From positions 8,340 to 72,339 of IMG/VR virus record IMGVR_UViG_3300017987_000013: a DNA stretch of 64,000 nucleotides. One strand, given 5' to 3'. The position numbers were made by a program, and so were the translations under genes. The notes under the pieces were generated by a model. That model had not been told where the DNA came from and made no database searches. It was given only the letters and a program-made list of their open reading frames with translations. Below, piece by piece: positions 1-10,263 of the stretch (position 1 is the first letter of the stretch; every line of letters begins with the position of its first letter). This stretch comes from a virus.

Positions 1-18
1 TTCTAAGGGGGTTCGCAA

Positions 19-237
19 ATGACAAAAGCAGCACAAGAAGCGGATATTCGCGAAGGGCTGTGTCCGCAGCGCGGCGCACTGAGCGGCCAGTATCACAACG
101 ACCGCATCATGTGCCCCGTCTGCGGTCGGCACTTCAACATCAAAAATGAGCAATGGATAGCGCAACGCCGGTTACCACGACACAAACCGCTACGGAGTAA
201 CCATGAAGAACGAAGAACTCAAAGCCGCAATCAGTGA
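19..237 (+). CDS. small hypothetical protein with CxxC motif
   Basis: ORF with upstream AGGGGG RBS; CPVCGRHF motif. Confidence 0.5.
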   Translation: MTKAAQEADIREGLCPQRGALSGQYHNDRIMCPVCGRHFNIKNEQWIAQRRLPRHKPLRSNHEERRTQSRNQ

Positions 238-439
238 GATCGAGCCCACTGAAGAAGAACTGGAAAGGCGGGCGACGAGGACCGGCCCGAAGATCGAAGC
301 CGGGATCTCGCAGGTAGAACTCGCTGATCGACTCGGCCTACATCCGCGCACGATCGCGAACTGGATTAGCGGCCAACAGCCCGTCAACGGAGCCGCGGCG
401 ATTCTGATTAAGCAGTGGGCGGGTTCAATGAAAGCCTAG
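203..439 (+). CDS. XRE/Cro-like helix-turn-helix protein
   Basis: ISQVELADRLGLHPRTIANWISG is a typical HTH_3 motif; GGAG RBS. Confidence 0.8.
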   Translation: MKNEELKAAISEIEPTEEELERRATRTGPKIEAGISQVELADRLGLHPRTIANWISGQQPVNGAAAILIKQWAGSMKA

Positions 440-443
440 AGCC

Positions 444-935
444 GTGTCGTACCGTAATTATTTACAGTCCCTCAGCTGGAAAACCCGTAGGATTAAAGCG
501 TTCGAACGGGCTAACTTCAAATGCGAACGGTGTGGTGGACGTGCGGTGGATGTTCACCACCTTTCGTACAAGAATGTTGGGAACGAACGCGACGAAGACC
601 TGCAAGCGCTGTGTAAGGCTTGCCACATCAAGTGTCACGGCGACAAGATCAAACAAAACGTTGCAGACGAGCCATTCCGCCTACAAATCCAGTGCCCTAT
701 GTGCCCCAACACTGAGATTGTGGTTTATGTGGGAGATGATTCGGTCGGTTATTGCTGCGAGTCCTGCGGCCATACATGGGATAAGTCACGCAAGAAACAT
801 CATACCAAGAAACGCCGGAGAAAAAAGACACGACCCAAGACAAAACAGAAGAAACGCCAGAAAGACCGGAAAAAGAAACCCAGTCCTTGCCCACACTGCA
901 AACCTGGCGTGCCGTGTCTACGGCACATGCGATAG
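444..935 (+). CDS. HNH endonuclease with zinc ribbons and basic tail
   Basis: CERCG...VHHLSY..N...LQALCKACH HNH pattern; extra CxxC pairs; K/R-rich C-terminus. Confidence 0.8.
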   Translation: MSYRNYLQSLSWKTRRIKAFERANFKCERCGGRAVDVHHLSYKNVGNERDEDLQALCKACHIKCHGDKIKQNVADEPFRLQIQCPMCPNTEIVVYVGDDSVGYCCESCGHTWDKSRKKHHTKKRRRKKTRPKTKQKKRQKDRKKKPSPCPHCKPGVPCLRHMR

Positions 936-1511
936 ACGGTCAGCGATCTCCGGCCATTTGACCTTATCAAGCGCGGCTAGGTGGGTCTTCGGAAGCTCGA
1001 CTGCGCCCGGCAACCCGTAGCCCTGTAGCGCAGCCTGAAGAAGCCATAAGGCATCGCTTGTGTTGTTGTCGCAGCCGTCGTAACCCAGCCGCTTGACGGC
1101 CTCGACCAGAACCAACTCCTTGACGGCGTTACCCTTTCCGGTCGCCAGCTTCTTGAGCGTCGACGGCGGGATCTCAATCCAAGGCATTCGCTGTTCAGTG
1201 AGCTCTAGTCGCACAACGCCACCCAACTCGCCGATCTGGTGGGCTTGGTTGGCTCGAGCGTAGGCGTACCCCTCGATGACGACGAGGTCGATCGCGCCTT
1301 GGAACACGAACTGCATGACGCGGTCCCGGATCCACTGCAGGCGCTGCACTCCACGGTTATGGCTACTCGGGGGGGAGAATACGCCCGACCCACTTTGAGT
1401 CGCGAAGCCCGTCTTTCCAAGAGCTAGGTCCAATGCCAGTACGTTCATTCGGGGATCTCCTTGATTCGCCAGAGGTGATCGGCGTAGGGCTTTGCGCTGG
1501 TAGCGGTTCAT
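918..1511 (-). CDS. RuvC-like Holliday junction resolvase
   Basis: VLALDL, VVIEGY, ELGGVVR, PSTLKKLATGKGNA, DNNTSDA motifs; ATGA overlap at 1508-1511 (alternative start 1448). Confidence 0.85.
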   Translation of the reverse strand: MNRYQRKALRRSPLANQGDPRMNVLALDLALGKTGFATQSGSGVFSPPSSHNRGVQRLQWIRDRVMQFVFQGAIDLVVIEGYAYARANQAHQIGELGGVVRLELTEQRMPWIEIPPSTLKKLATGKGNAVKELVLVEAVKRLGYDGCDNNTSDALWLLQAALQGYGLPGAVELPKTHLAALDKVKWPEIADRLSHVP

Positions 1512-1870
1512 GCACTCACCGCCCTTGTTGCTGCCACACGTCGCTGTCTCCGGTGATCCACACACAACCCGCTTTCGTGTGTGGTTTTGAAACGACAGCC
1601 TAACTCTGCACAGAACTGTGCTTCGTTGCGCCAACGCTCACCGTAGTGTTTTTCGCAATACTTACCGACCGTGGCGGGTTTACCACAGCGTAGACACGCA
1701 TGATGTTTTATGCGGTGAAGGTGGACATACCGGACAGCCCAATCCTCGCCAGACAACTCAAACGCGCCTACGTATCCGCAATCCCAACACCGCGCCTTTG
1801 CGATCGGCTCGTAGCCACCATACGCACAACCACACCGCATACAGCACAAGAGTCGGATTGCCTCTTTCAC
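1508..1870 (-). CDS. Cys-rich zinc-finger hypothetical protein
   Basis: Several CxxC pairs; GTG start after GGTGAG; stop overlaps next start. Confidence 0.55.
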   Translation of the reverse strand: MKEAIRLLCCMRCGCAYGGYEPIAKARCWDCGYVGAFELSGEDWAVRYVHLHRIKHHACLRCGKPATVGKYCEKHYGERWRNEAQFCAELGCRFKTTHESGLCVDHRRQRRVAATRAVSA

Positions 1871-1947
1871 GCACTCACCGCCTTTGCGATAGCGCGGCGC
1901 GCCGCACCAGTAGATCCTCCCACCAACCGCCACGCTGCCACACGCTG

Positions 1948-3150
1948 TTAGTCGTTGTCATTGTCGGCTCCCGTGATGCGGTCGATCTCAGAGATGATGC
2001 GAAAGGTTGCGCAACTAATGCCGCCGTACGCCGCAAGCCTCGTTGGGTCAGTGTCCGTCGCGCGCTTTTGTATTGCAGCATCGCGTTCCGTCTCCACCAC
2101 CTCGCGTATCTGCGCAATTTGGCGGTCACGTTCGGAGATTATGTCTTCACGGCGCTCCAGAGCTTCGAGCTGTGCCGCGCACTTAGCGCGGAGGTCGTCG
2201 ATTTCGTCGGCTGCATCATGCAGCATTCGCGCATCTGCCCCACCCAGGTAATACGCTGACGAGACCTCACCATAGAGACGTAGACAAAGACGGTTGGTAC
2301 CCTCATACACGCCGTCGTCTCCCTGCATCTCCTTAAGTTGGGCGCGAAGGTCAGAAGACCCGCTAGCCTCGCCATACGGGTTTTCCTTGGCCCACGTAGC
2401 GCTAGCGTCTGCCGCAAGGTCGGCCCATGATGCCTGTTCGCGGTCAGCGTCGTCTGTGGCCGTAGGGTCGCCCGGGTTTGCCGCATTCGGCCCGTCAGGC
2501 AAAGGAGAGGCGGAGCCGCCCGACGTACTGGGGCTGTCGGGTACATCTGTAATGGCGCCCACGGTTTCTTGACACCGTTCGGGCTGGCTCTCTTTGTGCT
2601 CCACGGAGTCCGCAATACCACCATCAGTTTCGTCCGCTTCTGCTAGATCCTTATCGGGCCTCTCGTCAACAATAGTGGGTTTCCACCCTGGCAAGTCTGC
2701 TGTCCGGCATTCAATCGTTGCAAGAGTTGCAGACGAGGGGCCGCTGGCCTCGGACTCAGACGCCTGACCGGGCTGTACAGTTGGATGCAGATCAGCGTCA
2801 ACCCCTGTAGCAGCGTGCCCCTCGGTTGCCCGTTTGGTCCGGTCTCGTGCAGCGTTCCAACCTTCGATGAACGCTTCGCATACCACCTTAGCAATTCCTC
2901 GATCTATAGACCATTGCTCATAGAGTATCGTATTCCCGTACCATACCTGCCACAGGCCGTTGGGGTATTCGGGGCTGTAAACACGTTTTAGTTCCAATTC
3001 CTCACGCATCGTCGCCTCCGTTCGGTATATGTGCGGCCTCAACAGCTCCAAAGCGTTCTCCAGCAGCGCGACGGCAGGTGTGACGGCGTGTGCCGGATGT
3101 GAGGGGTCGTTGATCTCGTCATAGTGTAGGGGCGGAGTGATCTTTGGCAT
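1948..3150 (-). CDS. hypothetical protein with low-complexity linker and C-terminal coiled coil
   Basis: Long ORF in a co-directional gene run. Confidence 0.55.
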   Translation of the reverse strand: MPKITPPLHYDEINDPSHPAHAVTPAVALLENALELLRPHIYRTEATMREELELKRVYSPEYPNGLWQVWYGNTILYEQWSIDRGIAKVVCEAFIEGWNAARDRTKRATEGHAATGVDADLHPTVQPGQASESEASGPSSATLATIECRTADLPGWKPTIVDERPDKDLAEADETDGGIADSVEHKESQPERCQETVGAITDVPDSPSTSGGSASPLPDGPNAANPGDPTATDDADREQASWADLAADASATWAKENPYGEASGSSDLRAQLKEMQGDDGVYEGTNRLCLRLYGEVSSAYYLGGADARMLHDAADEIDDLRAKCAAQLEALERREDIISERDRQIAQIREVVETERDAAIQKRATDTDPTRLAAYGGISCATFRIISEIDRITGADNDND

Positions 3151-3151
3151 C

Positions 3152-6100
3152 CTACGGTCCTTCCCATTCTGGAAGTTGTTCATATTCGTAGTCAGTCATG
3201 TACTTGATGGTCACCAGAAACGAACTGCCATCGGCGCCACCCTCAAGCCACGACTTTACCGCCACCATAGCAGTGTCCAGGTCCCGCTCAGTCGCCCGAG
3301 AGTAGTTACCTGTTGGCCCGATTACATATCGCGGCTTCTTAGTGGTCATGTAGTACACCCCTGCACTCGCTGGGTAAGCAGCTCCTGTCGCCGCTAGCAA
3401 CGCTTGCTTTAGGTTAGTCATCGAGATTTCTCCCAACACAGTTCACGTCTGCAATAGTTTCCGGTAGCGGGCGGTACTGGTGCGTGGCGTCATCCGCTTC
3501 TGTTAGGTCTGTTGCGGCCTCCCATGCAGCATCCAAGTTCGTTTCGACGAGCACTTCAACCGCCGCATCCCTAATTTGTGCTATCGCCGTCCTTAGTTTG
3601 ATGATCTCTTCTCTAAAGCGGGCGTTCTGCGTGTGCAACTCCAAACAGTCTTCGCGAGCCTCTATAGATTCTCTTAGACAATTGTGATGGTAACTAGCAT
3701 CAACCATTAACCCTCGCTTTCGCCGCTAGCGCGGCCTCGCAAATGGCTTTGGGTGCGGTGTTGGCCGTCCTAGAGCACCGGAACAGTGAGACTTCGCCCA
3801 ATGGTGCACCCTCGTTGTGTATCGAGCACCACCACCCACCATTCGCGTTGGAGCCAATCGTTACATACACACCCTCCTCCCGCATCTTCTCCACCACCGC
3901 CCAAGCGTCGGCTATGGAGTGCTCGGGGTCCCACACGAATATAGATGAAACTTCGACGCCATTCTCGTCATACCAACCCACTTTCCACTCGCCCAATTCC
4001 CACTCCATCACGTCTTCTGCAATCCTGCGGTTGAAATCAGCCATCGTCGCCCCCGATTTCTGAGCCAATTGGCCGGGCTCCCTCGTCTGGGTATTCGAGG
4101 CAGTAAGCACAGTGTTTCGTTCGGACGCCTTGTATGCCATCGCCGGGCGACAGCATAACTATGATCTCTGTGTCAGGCTCGGCGTGGTGGGCATCGGCGA
4201 ACGTGCACAGGTCGGCTATTTCACTCACGGTCAACAGCATCGTCGCCCCTGTGATGTGGATAGATCCTATTGTACGCATCCTCGGACGCCGCATCTATTC
4301 TGTGTGGGTCATCGTCCGCAAGGTAGGCAATCATATAAAACATATGTTCGCACGCCTCGTGAGCATCGCCCATGTTTTCAATAAGATCAAAAGAAAACCC
4401 AGCATTGTCATCCATGCAGTGTTGGTATGAACCAGCCATTATTTCTCGCCTCCTGTAAGTGCGCGGAGCATATCGTGTATGTTGTCACATGCTTTGATGT
4501 ACTGATCCCAATACCCAACCTGCTCGGCATAGGTGCACTTATCTCGAATGCGGTACGTCTCAAAACGATGATTACGCACCGCCATAAGCACATCCTCCGC
4601 CCTCACAAACCCCTCTGCTTTGAGGTGAGCGGCAATTTCTTCGCTCGCCCTAGCATACACCTCGTTGCTTGTTATATCGTCCACACCACGAGAAACTGCA
4701 CGCACCCATTTTGTTTTCTTCAATGCGGCGTGCAACTCGGTTTCAAGTTCTTTGGCCATTCTCATCGCCCCCTGTGAGTGCGCGGATACGGTTCCGTATT
4801 ATCCAAGCCTGTTCGGCTAATCTCTTGTAAAGGAACACAAGTTCCTCGTTGTAATTTTGCGACTTCTCAAACTTGTGTTTTGTTGCCACACACAACACCC
4901 GTTGGGTTTCTGCGATGTCGGCTGCATCCTCCACGCTCACGAATCCTTTTATTTTGAGGTATTCTGACTCGCTTTCCTCCTTCGCCTGTTGCTCATCGAT
5001 GTGGGCGAGCAGCTCGCGACACCATCCATATAGCTTGTGTCGGTATTGATCGGATGTGGGATGACTCGGATTATCCCTGAGCCAATCCAGCGCCTCGCGT
5101 ACATTCTCGAGTTCTTTTGAGGTCATCCATCACCCCCTAGCGCGGCCTTAAGTATCACCCTCCCAATTTCGTACCTGTCGCCCGCTGGTTCACCAAACAC
5201 AACAGGCCCTAGATCTTCTGTGATACTATGCCATTGCTCGTCCGTCAACGCATCCACGGCGGCGTTGATCATGGTACGGGTTGCACGCTGAACACACTTG
5301 CGTGCGCCCAACATCGCGACCTCTTCCAAGGACATATGCAGGCGTTCCCTAGCCTCCTCGTCAGTCCACTGCACAGGGTCGATTGTTATTTCCATGGACA
5401 GCGCCCGAAGCACCCTGGTGCCTAGCGCATCTTCTAATGCCCTCACCGCGGCCTCTAGTGGTGTGTCAGTCGGCATCGTCGGTCTCCAGTGCTTTGCGGA
5501 GTGCAAGAAATTCCTTATGGTGAGTTACGTAGAACTTGATGCCGTGGGCTATTGTTGGCTGGGCTAGTGCGTTCACCTTATTCGCCGCCACCTCGATCCG
5601 CTTGAGCCGGGCGTTCTCGGCTTCGAGGTCGTTAGCCCGCGCCTCTGTGTTGGCTTGGTCGATATTGGCTAAATGCAATTGCTCTGCGAGGTGTTTCACC
5701 TCTACTAGCAACTCTTGCCGCTTTTCAATCGCCTCTGTATTCATCGCTCGCTCGTTCGATTGCTTGTTGTAGTGTGGTCCCACATGTGCCAACATACACC
5801 GTTCCATCTTTCCACCATGCATACTTTGATAGCCCCTCTACAACGCCGCGCAAAAACTCGCTTTGGGCGTCCTGCTTAAGTATCCCGTTCTCGCGTTCGA
5901 GTTCCGCGATGCGGGCTGCTACCACACCCGAATGATTGTCCTGCACGTAAGCGATATACTTATCGTTGGTTATTGCCATCACTCACCTCCGTCTAGCCAC
6001 GCACGAAGGTCCGCAAGTAAAGTACAACGGGCGCACAAACGTGCGTCTTCTGTAGACCCTTCGATATTGACACAATTAGAATCAAGGTGGCCACCGAGTT

Positions 6101-6269
6101 CTATGGTATGTCTCATTACCTCCCGTGCCTCCTCGACACGCTTGAGTGCGCGTTCGGCTACGTCGCAAAGCCAGTGGTAATCTGGCGCTTCATCTTCGGG
6201 TGGCGCTTCCGCCTTTAGGCCCTGCACCCGCTCAAAGTCAGTCATCTTTCCTCCACGTCCGTGGCTCAC
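3152..6269 (-). other. run of ~11 small, mostly overlapping phage hypothetical ORFs (3152-3421, 3414-3707, 3700-4044, 4037-4294, 4221-4439, 4439-4765, 4743-5126, 5123-5506, 5466-5822, 5725-5982, 5979-6269)
   Basis: Contiguous or overlapping ORFs, with GGAG/GGGG RBSs inside the preceding C-termini; starts uncertain. Confidence 0.6.
3700..4044 (-). CDS. phage ABA-sandwich-like protein
   Basis: NRRIAEDVMEW...PEHSIADAWAVVEKM...APKAICEAAL resembles this family (from recall). Confidence 0.6.
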   Translation of the reverse strand: MADFNRRIAEDVMEWELGEWKVGWYDENGVEVSSIFVWDPEHSIADAWAVVEKMREEGVYVTIGSNANGGWWCSIHNEGAPLGEVSLFRCSRTANTAPKAICEAALAAKARVNG

Positions 6270-6350
6270 AACGGTACCACGTTGTCGGGAAATCTATTTC
6301 GCGATCCTCGATCGCACATTCCCCGGCCCGCATATCGTCAACGTAGACGG

Positions 6351-6944
6351 TCATAATGACGGTTTGGCGCCATGCTCAAAGCGAGCTGAACGCGCGGCGG
6401 TGTAAGCGGCAGCCAGATCAGGGCTACCGGGGTTGCGTCCCTTATCGCCGTGATGAGATTTCGGACATTGACAGCCGATTCTATCAGCACGACCCTCAAA
6501 TTGGATACCGAAACAACCACACACCGGGCACTGGCACCATAAGTAGCTCCAATCACCACCGCCACACGGAAATGCCGCATAGGCGCATTCATCATCGACT
6601 TCGATTAGGTCGTAATAGTGACCATCACCTAACCCGTACAGACTACACTGTACCTGTGGGATGTTGCCCCAAAACAAAAACGCGTCATGGCTCGTGCCGT
6701 CAGCTAACGCATGTAGTTTGTCACACTCACCCAGGTGGGGTTCTTTGCCTTTAATCTCAACCCAACATCCGTTGTTGGTATCCGGTAGCCAGAAGTCAGG
6801 CAAGTAGAGTCCGGCTTTACCAAGTTCAAACCCTTCCTTCTCGTACTCGTATGGGATGCCGAGCGCGTCGAAAAACACAGCCCATCGCGCCTCAAGGCGG
6901 CTACGGAACAGATACCCGTTGTACTCGGTGTTGATCGCCTTCAT
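6351..6944 (-). CDS. PD-(D/E)XK nuclease family protein
   Basis: FRSRLEARWAVFFD..YEYE, YLPDFWLP, WVEIKG motifs. Confidence 0.8.
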   Translation of the reverse strand: MKAINTEYNGYLFRSRLEARWAVFFDALGIPYEYEKEGFELGKAGLYLPDFWLPDTNNGCWVEIKGKEPHLGECDKLHALADGTSHDAFLFWGNIPQVQCSLYGLGDGHYYDLIEVDDECAYAAFPCGGGDWSYLWCQCPVCGCFGIQFEGRADRIGCQCPKSHHGDKGRNPGSPDLAAAYTAARSARFEHGAKPSL

Positions 6945-8653
6945 GGCTCTTGCCTTCCGGTACGGTCTCTAATTATGCCGTTGTCGAGTTGTAGGGTTTC
7001 CGACCGATCTGTGGCCAGTGCCCCATTCCGGCGGTGTTTCCTGCAGGTGACTCGCATCGCACCTTTGTCGACAAACCCATCAATCTCAACTAGCGCATCA
7101 CGAATCTGGGACGCTTCACCCTTACTCAACTTGCTTTTCAGTTTGCGCGACAACATGAGCACTACGTCCGCGGCCTCTTCGATTGCTCCGCATTCTTTGA
7201 GTGCCGAGAGAACAGGGATGCGGTATGGTTCGAGTGGATCTCGCGGCCCACGATTTAGTTGCGCGGCCGCGACAACGACGATTTGGTGCTCGACGGCGAG
7301 TTCCTTCGCCTCTTTTATGGCGTGTGCCATCTCTTGCCGCTGGTCTCTACCGCCGTAGTCCATTTGGTGTAGGTGGTCTATCACGACGACTTTACATTTC
7401 CGCTCGACGGCGAACTCGACCCACTGTTGCAACGAGACAAGGTTGATGCGTCGAGCAGGAGCGAAATACGCGAGGTTCCGTAACGCCGTTGCTTGCTCTC
7501 GTAAGTCGTCTTCGATTCTCTGTCGGGCGTCAACCGGCAATCGTTCCCAGGCAGAGGTCAACACATGCTCTTCGTTCAGGTCGCATCGGAACGCAGACCA
7601 TTTTCGGCGTAGCTGCTTGGGGTCCATTTCCATGCCAATGAACAGCCACGGTTTGCCCTGCATCTCGGCGAGGTGATTACAGAAATTGAGCAGAAAAGTG
7701 CTCTTGCCCTGCCCAGGTCTTGCGCCGACGATCCACAACTCACCCGGCAAAAGTGGTCCGCAGAGGTCTATTAATGATTTCCAGCCCCATTTCGGGGCCG
7801 TACTCGTATCTTGACGTCCATACTCGATAGCCTCTCGGACCTGTTGGTCGACCAATTCCTCGATTGGTTTTGGCTCAGCTTCGGCCTTGATCCGTTCGAT
7901 CGTTTCGGCGAACGCGACCCCTTTGGCTTTGTGTAGATCGGCAAGGTCGTCTATGTCACCCCCAGAAATCACGATGGCATCGGAAATGTCGCGCAAAACA
8001 GAATCCGCGAACTTAGCCCCCGCATCACCCTTTTCCTGCCAGATGTAGACCTGGCGACCTTTGAGGTATTGCGCCCACTCAGGCTTCCATGTGTTTGCTC
8101 CGGGCGCACCGACAGCCAACACATCATGATGCCACGCCGCGTGACAATCAGATTCGCCTTCAACGAGGATCACTGACCCACTGTGAACCGATAGCCGGTC
8201 GAGTCCGTACGGGTAGGTCGGTTGGTTCTGTCCTTCCCACCACGTCCGGTGTTTTCCCGACTCGTCGGCGCCGCCACGAAACTTGTTCCGCAGGAGGTCG
8301 CCGTGGGTATCTTGGTACGGGATCCGCACGCAACACCAACCCTTCTCGTTCTCGAACGTCTCGACACCCCACGACATTAGCTTCGGGACACTGAAAGACT
8401 TCTCGACGGCGTAATCTTCGATGGTGTACCCACGGGATCGGCGCGCCAACCCCAACTCCTCAGCTAACGTGTCGAGCGACTCCGTGAATCCACAGGCATG
8501 GCACCCCCATGCATTCTCACCAACCCAAGCACTTGGACTACCGTCTTCGTGTCGCGGACAACAAAACTCGAACACCTTCTTGCCATCTCGCGTCTTGCCG
8601 CCACGAACTCTGATGGCATGTATTAGTTCAGCTCGAAACTGCAGATCGTCCAT
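6941..8653 (-). CDS. primase-helicase (Zn finger + TOPRIM + DnaB-like helicase)
   Basis: CCPRH..CHAC Zn finger; ILVEGESD TOPRIM; GARPGQGKS Walker A; VVIDHLH; AAQLNR; GAIEEAADVV. Confidence 0.9.
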   Translation of the reverse strand: MDDLQFRAELIHAIRVRGGKTRDGKKVFEFCCPRHEDGSPSAWVGENAWGCHACGFTESLDTLAEELGLARRSRGYTIEDYAVEKSFSVPKLMSWGVETFENEKGWCCVRIPYQDTHGDLLRNKFRGGADESGKHRTWWEGQNQPTYPYGLDRLSVHSGSVILVEGESDCHAAWHHDVLAVGAPGANTWKPEWAQYLKGRQVYIWQEKGDAGAKFADSVLRDISDAIVISGGDIDDLADLHKAKGVAFAETIERIKAEAEPKPIEELVDQQVREAIEYGRQDTSTAPKWGWKSLIDLCGPLLPGELWIVGARPGQGKSTFLLNFCNHLAEMQGKPWLFIGMEMDPKQLRRKWSAFRCDLNEEHVLTSAWERLPVDARQRIEDDLREQATALRNLAYFAPARRINLVSLQQWVEFAVERKCKVVVIDHLHQMDYGGRDQRQEMAHAIKEAKELAVEHQIVVVAAAQLNRGPRDPLEPYRIPVLSALKECGAIEEAADVVLMLSRKLKSKLSKGEASQIRDALVEIDGFVDKGAMRVTCRKHRRNGALATDRSETLQLDNGIIRDRTGRQEP

Positions 8654-9559
8654 TTAGTCCTCGAATCCCGGCTCAGGTTCACTCAACCGTTCGTACCTCC
8701 CGATGAAATCGTGGACTATGTCAGGGTTCCTGAGAATATACTCGAGTCCGTGCTTCCCCATGTTGATGTGCCAAGGATCGATCGCGTTCCCCCGAATCGC
8801 ATCCTTCAGGTTCTCGACCGTGAACCCTTCAGACAGGCGCGTCTGAATTCTCTGCTGGCCAGTTTTGTTCACTACTCTGCGTTTGGGGTGAGTCTCGAGG
8901 TAGAAATCGACCACCGTTTGCACGTCGTCTTTTTGTTCGGCAAAACCCAAGTCTGTTTGCTTTACTTGCTTTACTTGCTTTACTTGCTTCTTATTATTTG
9001 TGTTGGAGGTGTGTTGGAGGTGTGTTGGAGGTGTGTTGTTCAATGTGTTGGCCGGTATGTCGTTTGGCGCTTCCGTATTGTCGTAAGTTGTTGCAACGTC
9101 GGTGGTTGCGTGGCCGTTAGGTGTGTTACTTGGTGTGCCGGTAGGTGTGCCGATTTTTGGCCCACTCTCACTCAAACCTGCAAAACCCTGTGTTGGAGGT
9201 GTGTTAGTTTCGTTGGGGTTGGTTTGGTAACTATCATATTTTACAAGAAGATAGACCGTTCCTACCTGTGTTTCCCGTTGTGCCACGACTCGGTCTGCTT
9301 CAACAAGCCAACGAATAAAGGTTCGCACTTGTTGAACACCCCACTTCCACCGTATCGCGAAATAACGCAACGACGCAACCAACTCACCGCGCTCAAGAGG
9401 AACGGTCTGTAAATCGTCAGTCACTTTGAGGTACGGTTTCCATGCCGCCATCTGGATCATGTCCTCCCATGCTTCCCACCGGGAAAACGTCCGCGACATA
9501 TTCCACAAAGGATCCTCGGCATAAGCCTTGCGACTGATTTTGATATGACCCCAAGACAC
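8654..9559 (-). CDS. phage replication initiator (lambda O/DnaD-like)
   Basis: GHIKISRK...LERGELVASLRYFAIRWKW winged-helix N-terminus; T/N/P-rich linker with repeats; directly upstream of the helicase. Confidence 0.8.
   Translation of the reverse strand: MSWGHIKISRKAYAEDPLWNMSRTFSRWEAWEDMIQMAAWKPYLKVTDDLQTVPLERGELVASLRYFAIRWKWGVQQVRTFIRWLVEADRVVAQRETQVGTVYLLVKYDSYQTNPNETNTPPTQGFAGLSESGPKIGTPTGTPSNTPNGHATTDVATTYDNTEAPNDIPANTLNNTPPTHLQHTSNTNNKKQVKQVKQVKQTDLGFAEQKDDVQTVVDFYLETHPKRRVVNKTGQQRIQTRLSEGFTVENLKDAIRGNAIDPWHINMGKHGLEYILRNPDIVHDFIGRYERLSEPEPGFED
8957..9038. repeat. putative replication origin: 3+ x TTGCTTTAC and 3+ x TGTGTTGGAGG
   Basis: 9-mer at 8957/8966/8975; 11-mer at 8999/9010/9021, extra copy at 9189; AT-rich spacer between the two sets. 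Confidence 0.75.
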
Positions 9560-9927
9560 GAAACGCTACTCGTCGTGATAATCGTATCTGGCTAACCACG
9601 CGAGCGTCGACGCCAGTTTATGCGCTGTTTTGTAGTGAAGGTTTAATGTGATTGGGTCCGACGAGCGAGATGTGGTCTGGTTCAAAAGCGCGGTGATCCA
9701 CGAAGCTAGTAACCGCGCTTCGTCCTCTGTCATAGGGGGGTATTCATCGGTCATTGTTCTGATCCCATAAGCAAAGACCCGCTGGTTGCTTGGCGAGAAT
9801 CCCGGCCCTGGCACGAAGGCCAAGACGCAAGACAGCAACCATACGGGTCTTTTCACTATTAGTTTTCATCGCCTCGTATCTCGCCAGTTACGTGACACCT
9901 TAAAATACCCTCCGGTAGCTAGCCTGG

Positions 9928-10263
9928 TCAAGCATTTTCATGTTCCCGAAGATAATCCTGGTATTGCTTGATCGCGGTTCCCACGAGGTCGGTTCCATGT
10001 TCCGCATCGAATACGGCATGGTGCCCTAGCGCGTGAGCTGAGTCTTTGCGCTCGACGTGGTATGGAGAGCTCATGTAAACGATGTTGTTCTTGTCGCCCC
10101 AGATTGCTTTCGGGCGTACGTGGTGGGGAACCACCGTTCGGTCCCAGAGTCCTGTCACGACGCAGCGTGCTTTGCGGACGCGGCACTGGTCGCGACAGAA
10201 CTCGAGGTAGTCGGGGTCTTTTAACTCCGCTTTCGGCACTGGGGTAAATGGTAGATCCATCAT
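9928..10263 (-). CDS. HNH-like (DUF968-type) protein
   Basis: YLEFCR..CVVTG...PHHVRPK...YH...H pattern. Confidence 0.5.
   Translation of the reverse strand: MMDLPFTPVPKAELKDPDYLEFCRDQCRVRKARCVVTGLWDRTVVPHHVRPKAIWGDKNNIVYMSSPYHVERKDSAHALGHHAVFDAEHGTDLVGTAIKQYQDYLREHENA

Noticed and set aside
8957-9038. Repeats as a CRISPR array
   Set aside because: Short tandem repeats without spacers; no cas genes
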